This document shows, piece after piece, positions 1 to 23,597 of a stretch of DNA of 64,000 nucleotides. Position numbers and translations under genes: made by a program. Every line of letters begins with the position of its first letter. The first letter of the stretch is position 1. The notes under the pieces were generated by a model that worked only from the letters and a program-made list of their open reading frames with translations, had not been told where the DNA came from and ran no database searches. The DNA lies in assembly GCA_012295275.1 (NCBI GenBank), contig CM022679.1, positions 15,376,001 through 15,440,000 on the forward strand, read 5' to 3'. Source of the stretch: Chrysomallon squamiferum. Its lineage: Eukaryota > Animalia > Mollusca.

Positions 1-24
1 AATCGTAAATCTGTGTGTTTCAAA

Positions 25-11192
<11,168 letters not shown>

Positions 11193-11779
11193 TGGACATC
11201 ATAGAAATAATAATAAAAATTTCTCGTAGCAAGTAAATGCGATAATAATTACACATTCTCAAAAGTAGAGAGGGTAATCGAGTCTAGGGACTCGGTAGAT
11301 GCAGTAAGTAAAATTTCTCACACTGAAATAAAAGCGATAATAATTACTTGTTGTCGTATTTTCCAGGGATATCCAGACGTAAGGGACATTAAAGAGATAA
11401 TAGAAATAATGATAATTAAAAATTCGAAATTCACCCAAGATATGTGGATGTAACAAACATTAAGAAGAAATAGCAAGCATTTAACAAGGGAGAATACCCG
11501 GATATTGACGCAATAAGAAAGACTTGTCGAAATTATAAATAGAAATTTTCACTGTAAAAAAAAGGTTTAACATTACCAGAATATGTATGAAACAAATACT
11601 GTACAAATATAAACCTTGGAATATAGCATATGCAACATCGCTAATCCAGATGTCAGCTGCCTAAAATTTCATTTTTTTCATGCGATTTATTTTCAAAAGC
11701 TGACCTTTATTTTGGCATCTTGTTTTACGAATCAGAATGTCTTCAAAAAAAAAAATAATTTAAATATAAAAATCGTCCA

Positions 11780-13320
11780 GGTGATAATGGCGAAGTTCTT
11801 CACACCATCTAATTAAAACTCAATGACACTTTTGTTGGGGGAAAATAACATCTCCACTTTTAAATCCAATTCCAAAGAGACTTATTATAACGAGGCATCC
11901 ACTGTTGTTGAAGATCACTTGTATACTGCAATATTAGATACCGATTCTACAGAATCTACTGTAAGCGAAAACATTTATTCTGATTATTTAGACGATGAAA
12001 ACATTCATCTTTTAAATACTGAGTCCTCGTGTGGCAGTCGTTGAATTAACAGTGGTATACTGAAACCAATGCTCAGTTCAAAGTTTTGACAAACCCAGAT
12101 TTTGATTAGTTTTCGTAGTACTTAATAGTAGTAATAATGTCATTATTCCAGTCCTGCCTGGAACAAGTGCTTTAAATATAATGAAAGATTTTTTCAGCAA
12201 GCACGTTTCAGGACAGAGGTCCGTCCAGAGGTAATAGAAGGTTTGAATTGGCGGGGAATGCCGAACGAAATAATGTTGTTATTCTTCCTAATCCCAAGGA
12301 CACTACTAAAAGGTATCTAGAAAAAATAGCCTATCCTGATATCAACATCATGTTGATGGTTAGATTATTCGATGTTTACTCACAACTCCTATTCCCAAAA
12401 AGTATTTTTGTCTGAGATCTAACAAATCATTTTGGAAGATTCATCGCCAGAGAGTGAAACTGATTGATGCCTGGTTGCTAGAAAAGATTAATCTTCCGTC
12501 AGAAGGTTTGACTACAGAACTGAGACACTTTTTTCCTTCAGGTAACTGATACCACTAGTATGAAGAGGTGAAAAACATTTATATCTTCTGTTATGGGATC
12601 AGAAGAAAGTCTTGAGCTTCTGCTGTTGCCTGAAAGAACGGATCTTTATATATCTGTGTACAATGTACAGTAGAAAATTGTTGGCTTTTCACGAAAAATT
12701 GATAATAATTTATAGAGATAACAGTGGAACACAAACCTAGAACAACTTTCTTTTTTCTAGGAGTAAAATCTTGACAAATAGTTCAGGAATGTTCCAGCGG
12801 TTGCGTTTGAAGAAGTGTTATTAGTTTTTTCATCTTTCGAGAAACATGGTCTTAGACGTTAACTAGTTTCCAGATTATTCGTTACTATAATGTTAAATTG
12901 GCATCTAAGAAATCTGGGTTTTTTTCATGATCAAGTTAAGTATCTAAGATATATTAATCCAGGTTTATATTAATATGGTAGGGTTCCAGATTTTGTGGAA
13001 AATCTATGCATGTCAGCTAATTCGACGTTTCAAAACTGCGAAAATGAATATTTTACCTTTGTACACTGTCAGTAGAGAATAGAAGATCAATGTGGTTCCA
13101 TCAAACCAGTTTCGATCCAGAGACTTTTAGACCTATTTGCCGACGTGGGGCATTTGGTTTGAGAAAAAACGCTAGCTCTTCTAAAGGAAAGATTGGTCTG
13201 ACCTTCCTTAAATAAGCATATATAGGAGTGGATAAAAAGGTTTAGGTGACTGTATCGGAAAAGGCTAGACAAACACGAGTCAACCAGTCGAGATGATCTA
13301 ACGCGAAATGGCTGTTATCT
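11780..13320 (+). mobile_element. Degenerate Ty3/Gypsy pol remnant (protease and RT fragments), copy A
   Basis: Broken-frame motifs in pol order: AILDTDSTESTVSE (decayed aspartic protease DTGS), LPGTSAL, YEEVKN, KNGSLYICV (cf. KKDGSLRLCVD), LTNSSGMFQRL (cf. LTNSPATFQRL), KKSGFFHDQVKYLRY (cf. KKCxFFxxxVKYLGH). Many stops and indels; no LTRs seen; boundaries approximate. Confidence 0.8.
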
Positions 13321-13492
13321 TTCATTGATTCAATGTATCTTCGTAAATTTTTAAAGTTAGTCCTTAATAAAAAAAAAAAAAAACATTAAATGCTGATATA
13401 TAATTTGAAAATGGTGTCGTTGAATAACAAATATATTTTTTATTTCTAGTTATTTTCTAATTTAAATTAAATAAAACATCTAATTACTAATA

Positions 13493-14245
13493 CAGTGGTA
13501 CCTTGACTTACGAATTGAATTCGTTCCGTGACCGAGCTTGTATCTCAATTTGCTCGTATATCAAATGAATTTACCCAAATGAAATTAACTGATATACCAT
13601 TAATCCGTTCCAGCCTCCCAAAACCACCCAAATTTTTGATAACGTGTTTTCGAATAAAAAAATGTACGTATAAAGGACAAATAATGTATGAAAACAAAAC
13701 ATGTAAAGAAATAAATTGAATTTGTAAAGTGTACAGGGTTAGGGTTTCTACATCTTTTCATGGACAGAGATCCGCAGCTTAGAAATTATTTTAACGCCAT
13801 AAGAGGCTACAGTATGGTACTTATCGTAAAAGTACTACGCTACTACTGCCTACCCATATTGACTATATGCACACAGTGCTCGTATTTTTCTATGATTTCA
13901 TGATTTAATTTATTGGACATCATCCGCTTCTTCTTCTTAGCACTGTCCTTTGCATTCACTTTCTTAGAATCCATTGTAATTTGGCAAAATGCTTCACAAA
14001 ACGCGAACACAACGATCAGGGATGCTTCCATGGCGAGGTAACGACGTGAAGCAATCAAGTAAAACGCGGGATGCTGGGCGGAGGTTGTGTTGTTTGTTGC
14101 GCCAACTAGCGGCGTAACTCGGATTTTGGATCGCAACTCAAAGCAAAAAATCGAAAGGGCGGCTGCATACATTGCTCGTATTTTTCTATGATTTCATGAT
14201 TTAATTTACTCATGGACATCATCCACTATTTCTTCTTAGCACTGT
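13493..14245 (-). mobile_element. pogo/Tigger element, copy A (right TIR lost)
   Basis: Left TIR TA|CAGTGGTACCTTGACTTACGA at 13493 and the same transposase fragment. The right end is replaced by a copy of an internal segment. Confidence 0.88.
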
Positions 14246-14912
14246 GACTTTAACCCGAATCTCACCGAGCAGTTTTCGTCAACAGCTTTGTTTCAGTCGC
14301 TAGTTAAGCTCCGATAAATCGCTTCCAAAATCGGCTACCATTTTTCTTTGCGTTGTAATCTATAAACAATGTCATAATTTTATGAGTAATATTCAGGTCT
14401 ACACTAGCCATTCCGTTATATTTTTCAAAACAGTACTGAAAAATTTGCAGATTTTTCCCCCAGTTTCTTCATTTTGTCTTCGTGAAAAAAATTCCAGATT
14501 ATACACAAGACGATTGAAATATTTTTTTAATCCTTTGTAATAAATTTCGTTGGTTACTTAGTGATCTGCTTGCAAAATTTAATGGAGTTTGGTCAGTTAA
14601 CAATGGAACACCTCAATCTGCACATTTTCACCATAAGAAAAAAAAAAAAAAAAAAAAAAAAATAATAATAAAAAATAAAAAAAAAAATAAAAAAAAAAAT
14701 AAAAAAAAAAAAAAAAAAATAAAAATAAAAAAAAATAAAAAAAGACAGTGCCTTTAACTTTACAGAACCATTAAATAGTCTGAACAGTATTTATAGTATC
14801 AGATTTTTTTTGTATCTTCTGAAGACATTTAAAGGTACTATTTTATTCAGTTTGTTTTTACTAAGCCAATGTTTGATGATTAATAATCGTCCTTTAGAAC
14901 ATACACTTAAAT

Positions 14913-14914
<2 letters not shown>

Positions 14915-14980
<66 letters not shown>
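14915..14980. repeat. (AG)n microsatellite
   Basis: Direct reading; shorter equivalent at 33754-33797. Confidence 0.95.
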
Positions 14981-14984
<4 letters not shown>

Positions 14985-15514
14985 AATCAACAAAGAAAAC
15001 AAAAGTCTGGAGAAAATGTTTATAAGAATTTATTTTACAAGTTAGTTGCGTAATATATTTACCACATAAATAGATACAGAAACATTAGAACCATCCGAAT
15101 GTTGCAATAAAGTATTTTTATTTTATGAAACATAAATATTTATACCATTATTATTTTTATTATAATCACCGAAATTATACATATGTAAGAACATCAACAT
15201 AACTAAACAACAATAATAAAACATTAAAGCATTTGCATCTTTCTCGAATTAAAAAATATACTTTTATAATTATTTATTTAGGCTAATGAAAATATTATTA
15301 TTAAACATCACGAAAATATAACCAAACATATAACTATTAAAAACAATCAGGTCTTTGGTATATGTAGATAATGCAATGAGGTTTCAAACAGTTACACTGC
15401 ACACAGTGATATAAATATGTTCCAGATCTGCAATAATGCTTCAGTAAAAATTCCATGTCTGCTGCATTTGAAAGATTAACACGCACACACACGCGCACGC
15501 ATGCACCCACAGAG

Positions 15515-15552
<38 letters not shown>

Positions 15553-15847
15553 ACACACAAAGTAACCTAAAGTTTTGGAACATTGATGTATTAGTTTAAG
15601 TAGCATTCTCTTATGTGGTAAACTGCACCAATTTGAGGCATGCAAATGAACTGTTTTTTAAGAACAGTTGAACTGTTATGAAATACTTTACCTCATAAAA
15701 ACAAGTCCTAATTTCTTACTATATACACTTTCATCCATTCAATTCCTTAAAATAAATCAAATTAGAGTTATTTCCCTTTGATTTTGTGTAATCCTGATGA
15801 AAATTTAATATACAACATAATTACTGATATAGGATATACTGAAATTT

Positions 15848-15881
<34 letters not shown>

Positions 15882-17240
15882 CAATTAGTGCAAATTATTA
15901 AATCAGTTTTAGTCAAATTATATTCTTTTGTACAGACAGGAGCCAGCTTCTACCAATTTAGTGCTTAGTTAGTGAGTACCTTACAGATGCTGGTAGACAT
16001 TGTAAAAATAATTACTCACCAGAGTGTAATCATACAGACAGTCACTGATTTTACAAGCTTTTTTTTCAGCCTATAACCAATTAAATTTCATTTTATGCAC
16101 GTTGGTAAAAAAAAAAAAATTTATGATATCCTTTTTTTAGGTTAAATTCATTTCTTTATTAAATTTTTCATCTGTTGAAAGTCTTATAAAAAGCTCATAT
16201 TTAAAAAAAAAAAAAAAAAAAAAAAATCTTTTGACAAGTACAATCTAAATGAGATTTTGGCTGAACAATCTATGAATTTAGGATACATGTCCACTCTTGG
16301 TTTGCTTAAACAAATCTCTGAGATTTTGTAAATTACCCAAATGCATACTTCAGTGAAGGTTAATTCATACAGTGATAAAATGCAAACATGGTTCCCAACC
16401 ACAACTTTAACACCTTCAGATTAGACCTCTCTATTATTATATCAGAAGATTTTCGTAGGAAATGTAGGGAAACTGCAGGAGCAGAATTGAAAGGACCTAA
16501 ATCATCGTATATTAATATAATTTTTGTTTGGTTTCGTTTAATTTTATATTAAACACACAGCAGCCTAAGACAAATTAATCGTTGGATATTAAGTTAGAAC
16601 GACAACTGGCTAAATGGGTATCGAAAGAAGAAATGACCCAGCGACACTTCATAGCTTAGCGATTGCACTACTACAACCCGCCTTTAATGCATCCGATACA
16701 GAAATATCACAACTCAAAATGTTTGACCAGCGCCATGTTTACAAGCCGGTAAACCTGGGCTGACTAATACTTCTTCATTTCCCTAGACTAATCAAACAAC
16801 AACAACAATAATAGAGATCCACACTATTTTTATGTAAATTTTTTTTTAGATATATATATAAATAAAACCAAAATGTACTCTCCGAATTTTCCATTTAACA
16901 GCATTTGACAGGTAAGAGAGGTGAAGTGAAATAAACAAACACTCGTCAACAGCCGGTCGTGACCTGTCGTCTGCTCGCGACAAGAGAGAGAAATCTTCAG
17001 GTGGCTTGTGTCGAGGCTGTTTGCACAGAAAGTGTACGACGGTTAGAAACGCGACCATTAGCATGATCATCATTCTTAGAGAAATATGACTGAACCCTGC
17101 TTTGGAGTGACGCACAAATATGCCATCGTCAAAGTGCAGTATTTAGCCGAATTTCTCTAATAATTATGATTCATGCGGAAAGTGGTAAAAGTTGCATTCT
17201 AAATGCGAAATCTGTGGTCCGTTTAAGGTCATTAAAAAAA

Positions 17241-17286
<46 letters not shown>

Positions 17287-18296
17287 TTTTATTTCTAAAT
17301 AAAATAGCAATTTATATCTGGAGAGGAAAAAAACATAAACATAACGACAATATCTAGTTGAATGTTTTGCTAAAAAACAAAAGCCTCTCTTGAGCGGAAC
17401 CATAACGTAAGCCTAATTCAAAAAAAAAAAAAAAGAAAATTAAATAAATAAAAGAAAATGAAAAAAAAAGCCGAATATCAAACATAATTTATTCACCCCT
17501 TTAACAGCGTTCTTTTTTATTTATATCTTTTTATTTTTTGTTCTTTCTTTCTGCTACTTTTATTTTTATTTTTTTTTTTTTCTGTACAAATTACTCTTTT
17601 TTATTATTATTATAATAATTTTTTTTTTTTTTCATCACTTGTAACACTTTTTCTTTATCCGTATTTACTGTGTTACAAAACGTTGACGAAATGAAACGTA
17701 AACTTCGATTACCTGATGAAAATTAGTTCGCGTGAAACTTGATAAAAGATTCCCCTCTAACAGAAAACATCTCCGACTTTCCGCACGAACCTAAACGTAA
17801 CCTAGTTTTCGGTCGCAGGTAGTATTAATAAAACGTTGTCGCTCAAATCCAAAAGAAACCGCGGCGTTAGTGGTCGTCCAAGTTCTAGTTGCATTTCTTA
17901 CGCTGCTTCTGAGCAGACGATATCAAAGTAGGTATTTTTGTTTTGTAATACACAACCAGTTGTCCTGAGGCAAGAAAGTGACAGAAAGGAATCAACCAAA
18001 ATTAATTATATACGAACTTTTCAAAGCATATTTTGTGGTTTAAATAATTAATAAACCTGAAAACGGTATCTGGATTTGTCATGAGGATTGAACATTAAAC
18101 TTAATATTTGACAATAACTAGCTTACTTTATGTGGAAATGAAGACTTGCGAAGGATATATATAAACAAGGAATAATTTAAAGTGTGAGAGAAGAAAAAAA
18201 ATCAGGTGTTTTGTCTAGAAAAACAAGAGACAGAATTTACAAATATAACTTAGAAGCGCGGCTAATTTTTGAAATCGTAAATCTGTGTGTTTCAAA

Positions 18297-20549
18297 ATGG
18301 TTGCCGGAGACTATAGTATAAACACAGGAAAAGTGAAACTGTTTGGAACTGTAGATTACGTTCTGTTCGCACTCACTCTTCTTGTATCATGTGGAATTGG
18401 CGTCTTCTTTGCAATCAAAGACAGAAACAGAGTGACCACAAAAAATTATCTTCTGGGAGGTCGAAACATGGATATTTTACCCGTAGCAATGTCGTTGATC
18501 GTCACGTTCATGTCGGCGTTAACGTTGCTAGGGACACCAGTGGAAATGTACAACTACAACACCATGTTTTGGTGGCTTTGCCTCAGTTTTGTTTTGGCTA
18601 TGGGTGGGGCCATTCGTGTTTTCACACCTTTTCTTTTTCAGCTTCGCATAACCAGCACATTCGAGGTAAGAATTTAAGTAATTCTGATGTCTGTATAAAT
18701 TTCTTTCCTTTAGATATCAGTTGATCCTTCCGTCCAATTTTAAATCTAAACCAGAACGGGTTTTGAAACAAATAATAATAATAAAAATACCGCATTTTAT
18801 AACACCTTTCTGATTTTTTATTTTTTTTATTATCAAATGTATACTGTAGACTTTGAATGTATGAACATTTATATCGCTAAGTTTGTAATTAGGAACCCAA
18901 AGTTCAACACATTTAAATTTTAAAACATGAAGCACAAAAAAATTGTGTTAACATCATCCTGTATATGTTACCGTCCTTATCCATAATTAAGAACTAAAAA
19001 GATCTCTGAATACTGAAAAGTACTGATAATTGTTTTCTTAATTTTAGCTTCTCTCACATTCTGACCAACATCAAAAAGAAACTCTATTATCAAACATTTT
19101 ACAATATACATATAGTGAATCGAGTTGTAACTCAGAAGTGATAGTTCGCTGGATTTCCCAAATCGGTGATATTTCTCAGTCCAGCCATTTCGTCTCTAGC
19201 AGCATGTATAACAAATACAGTGACATCTTCTGTAAAATAACATTTGCTGCTCATCAGTAAAAGTAACCAGTGGTTTTGTTACACCCAGTTTTGACTCATC
19301 TTCAAATTTTAAATTTCTATCTGTCAGTAGCACAACGTATTCAGATGTTTAAACCTGCCTGTTCAGTCCTTTCACTGGGATAAGAACGAAAAAAAAAAAA
19401 AAAAAAAAAACCAAATAAATCATAATAAACCTGTTAAATAAACAGAGTTAGATCTTCAAATTTTAAAAACAATAAATAAGGGATAGAAAACCTATAAATA
19501 TTAAATAAATAATTATATAATTTTGCAAAGTAAACAGCTCAAGTATTCAAGTAGAAGTAAACGTACTGTACACAGTAGTGAGTGTTTTCTATCTAGTTAC
19601 ACGTTACATTTCAGGCTCCGTTCTTGATTTTAGAAAAAGGTTTTGGACCCATTATTATGCTGTATATTTCAAGATGATGTGATATTAATTACAAAGAAAA
19701 TACAATCGGAGACAAAAAATAAAAAATAAGAATGGAAATAAAAATAAATAAAAACAAATAAATACAGTAGAATAAATAAATAAGATAAAAAGAAAAAGGA
19801 AAACTAAAGAAAATAAAAATAGTAATAAAAACAATTAAATATTACAGTCTTCTTTCATTTTTTCTTTCAGTACCTTGAGTTACGATTCAGCAAAAAAGTT
19901 CGTGTTTTGGGATCATTGATACTTGTCTTTCAGACTGTAAGTAAGAGAGAGATAGATAGATAGAGAGAGAGAAAGAGATAGAGAGGAAACCTTAATGAAG
20001 TTTTTATTGCACATTTTACATTTTTAATGTGAGACAATTTATATTTGTTACTCTCAAATCAAAGGAAACACGTTTTTATACTATTTTTTAAATTATTATT
20101 ATTATTATTATTATTTGGACCACACGAAACCTGATATTATAATATATGAAAAGATATACTTTATATAGTTCTCGTGTTACATATTTCTGACCATTTCGAA
20201 AAATAAAAAAGTAACATTTTTTTTTCTAAAAAGAAATTCATCTGTATTAAAATAGAAAAGGGATAATAGATAATTCTTTTCTTATTGTAATAAGGATAAA
20301 AATGAAGCTATGAAAAATAAATGAACTTTGTCATTGTATTTGCAGCTGATTTATCTGGCTTTTGTCCTGTATACTCCTTCATTAGCATTATATGCAGGTG
20401 AGAACTTCGTCTGTTTACTTATTTATTTTATTATAAGTGTAGAACCATAAAGCTTAAAGTATATTTACACCACTAGTATTAAACTAAATAATATCTGATT
20501 TTCATACACCATGTGTGTACATGTGTATGTGTGTGTGTATGTATGTATG

Positions 20550-20620
<71 letters not shown>

Positions 20621-22182
20621 AGGAGGTCACTCCTAACAATCATACAAACTAAAAATATAGTTTTTTTTATTACATTGCCTTGTTCAGCAATTTGATTCCA
20701 ATGCACCATATATATATATATATACACACACGCACACAGGTTCAGGATCTGTCTCCTTATATTCCAAAATCCGAAATATTCCTAATCCAAATCACTTCTG
20801 GTCCCAAATAATCCGGATAAAGGATTCTCAGCTGTACTAGAATATATATAAATGAACAGGTATGGACTTTGCACTTGTTGATGCAGTGGGTTATTGATGT
20901 GTGATAAAATGCAGTTACATATTTTCTTTCAGTGACTGGTTTCTCTCTGTGGGGCTCTGTAGCAGCAATCGGCTTGGTGGTCACCTTCTACACAGCGCTG
21001 GTACGAACTTGCAGTTCTTAAAGAGAAATCTGTGGGGACACTCAGAAACAGTTAAAATGTATTCTGTAGACTTCCAAATTTTTTCCTTTTTTTCAATTTG
21101 TTTTTTCTGTTGTCTTCACGTTCGTGTCAGACAGATTTGTTGCAAAAAGTCAAATTTTCAAGAGAAATAATGGAAATCAGTCCGTCATGTACGCTACGAC
21201 ATCAAGACTTCAGCAGTACGGTGGAGGCATTCAAATAGTTTTAACAGTTGAATTTTTTTGCTGTATTTTACTTTGACTGTGGGCGACGAAAATTCGCACA
21301 CAAAATAAATAAGATAAAAATAATGAATTGAAAGTATAAAAAATGTTATTAGGCCATCCATTCAATTGACTGTTTTCAATTTAAATTAATTCATGACCAT
21401 AATGTTCCCATTATTTCACATAAAATACATTGTTTTATTGGCGGCACATATAAATTTGACTTTGGGTAGATTTTAAAAATATTTTATATATAATTGAAAA
21501 ATTTGCCAAAAGCTGCAAAAAAAATTATATTTCACTAGATTTACTAGATTTAACATAAGATATATATTATTCCTTCATTCTACCTCTGGATCACTGTCAG
21601 GGTGACTTACATCTTTTCTAAGCTCAGTTGAAGGTAGAAAAAATATAATTCGAAATTAAAATTATAAATTCGTCTGGCGGTCTTTAATTTTAGAAAACAA
21701 TCAGAATCCCTGAAAATTTGAATATATGTTATGAAATATAAATATCCTGGCCTTAAAATTTTGAAATTCTTTTACAGAAATAAATAAAAATGTTTTAATG
21801 TTGTAATTCTCTCACACAATGTACAGTTATTCACAGCTTTCAAATTCTTCATACAGTTTCTCTATATTATCTTTACTGTTTTGGTTTTGCGTATTTCTTC
21901 CAGGGTGGAATGAAAGCAGTTCTGTGGACAGACACGTTTCAGGCGGCCATCATAGCAGCAGGACTTCTTGCTGTTCTCATCCAGGGATCCATCGTGGTGG
22001 GAGGGTTTGGACGAGCTTGGGAGATTGCTGACGAAAAACAACGAATATTATTTGACGAGTAAGTAAATACAAAGATTATACAGTACCAAATCACATTCTT
22101 GTGATCTAGAAAGATGCATATTTATTAAATCTTTTAAATAACAAAAATTGCGTAATTTTTTTTGATGATAATGATGATGACG

Positions 22183-22240
<58 letters not shown>

Positions 22241-23201
22241 CGACAGCTACGAGGATGACAAGTTCAAAATTAACAATAACAACAATAAAATCACTGTTAG
22301 TTATTTCATAGTGACATTTCGTCGTGTCCTGAGATACTGCACTCACTAAACTTTAGATCACTACCAGAATGCAGTATAGATATAACGATGCTATTAAAAC
22401 GACGACCCGACCCCGAATATTCAGTTTCTTTTATCATAGCTATCGAGTATATATATTTTTTCCATTAAAACTTATTTATTTATTTTTCAATTTATCTCTT
22501 GGTCTCCCTCCTGCAGTTTTAAATCGTTTGCTCAGATTCCTAAAAATCCGTTTTACACAAAATAAATGTGTGTATACTGTAAAACTGCAAAATGACAAAT
22601 TCCCATGGCCTTGGACGAATCTTCTTGATTTATTGTTTTATTCGTCTGACTTCCCAGTGCTGTTAAATGTGTGCTCAGTGACCGCACAAAGAGACACGAT
22701 CTGTTTGTCATAACCTTCTGACATTTTACCTCATTTTTGTACCTTAAGAACTGGCATAGAAGCTTAATGATTGATGCTTAAGCCGACTTAGACTCCCGAT
22801 GTTCTATTTTATAAACTTTCCTGTGATAGCTAATATTACTGACAAAATCGCTAGAATGAAGTTTACACAAAAAGGCTGCTGTGATTGCTGTAGGTGTTGT
22901 TGTTTTTTTTAACTTGTTTTGGGGCTTATGTCGGGATTTTTCTTTTTGTTGTCGTCGTTGTTATTGTTGTCATTTTAATTTTATCCCAGGACCTTGGAAT
23001 GATGTTCTTATTTAATTACTTTTTATGACTAGTGTGGGCTTTTTTCAGTCTTCCATGTTTTCAACTTCTGATTAAATTCTAGCGAAGATTCTTTAACTAT
23101 GTTCTATTTATTATTCTGCTGCTTAGCGACATCTTCTATTTTTGACACAGTAACAACATCTTCTTTTACCTTTCGCTTTCTTTAGTGTTTGTGTCTGTAT
23201 G

Positions 23202-23250
<49 letters not shown>

Positions 23251-23523
23251 ATTTATTTATTTACTTATTTTATATTTTTTACCTAGCACTTTTGATAATG
23301 GCAGATTTTCTTGACTAACTTTAAAGGACAGCTGTCTTGGTAAATTATTATACTGTACTAGATATCTTTGAAGATACTATTTTTATGACTTTGAAAAACT
23401 GTTCTTATTAAACTGCATTCTTAGCTGTGTTCTATTTATTTATAACCTGTTGATAACGAAGAAAGATAGCACATAGTAGAATTTTAAACATAAAACTGGT
23501 GTCGCGTGAACGAAGAGCCAATT

Positions 23524-23597
<74 letters not shown>

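Noticed and set aside
16560-17160. CpG-richer DNA right of the duplication junction, with an 89-aa minus ORF
   Set aside because: No recognisable protein motif, tRNA fold or TE termini.
18993-19410. Copy-B-specific ~400 bp segment ending in poly-A, possible retroposed insert
   Set aside because: The poly-A is also present in copy A, and the short TAAGAA flanks fit a deletion in A equally well; no coding signal.
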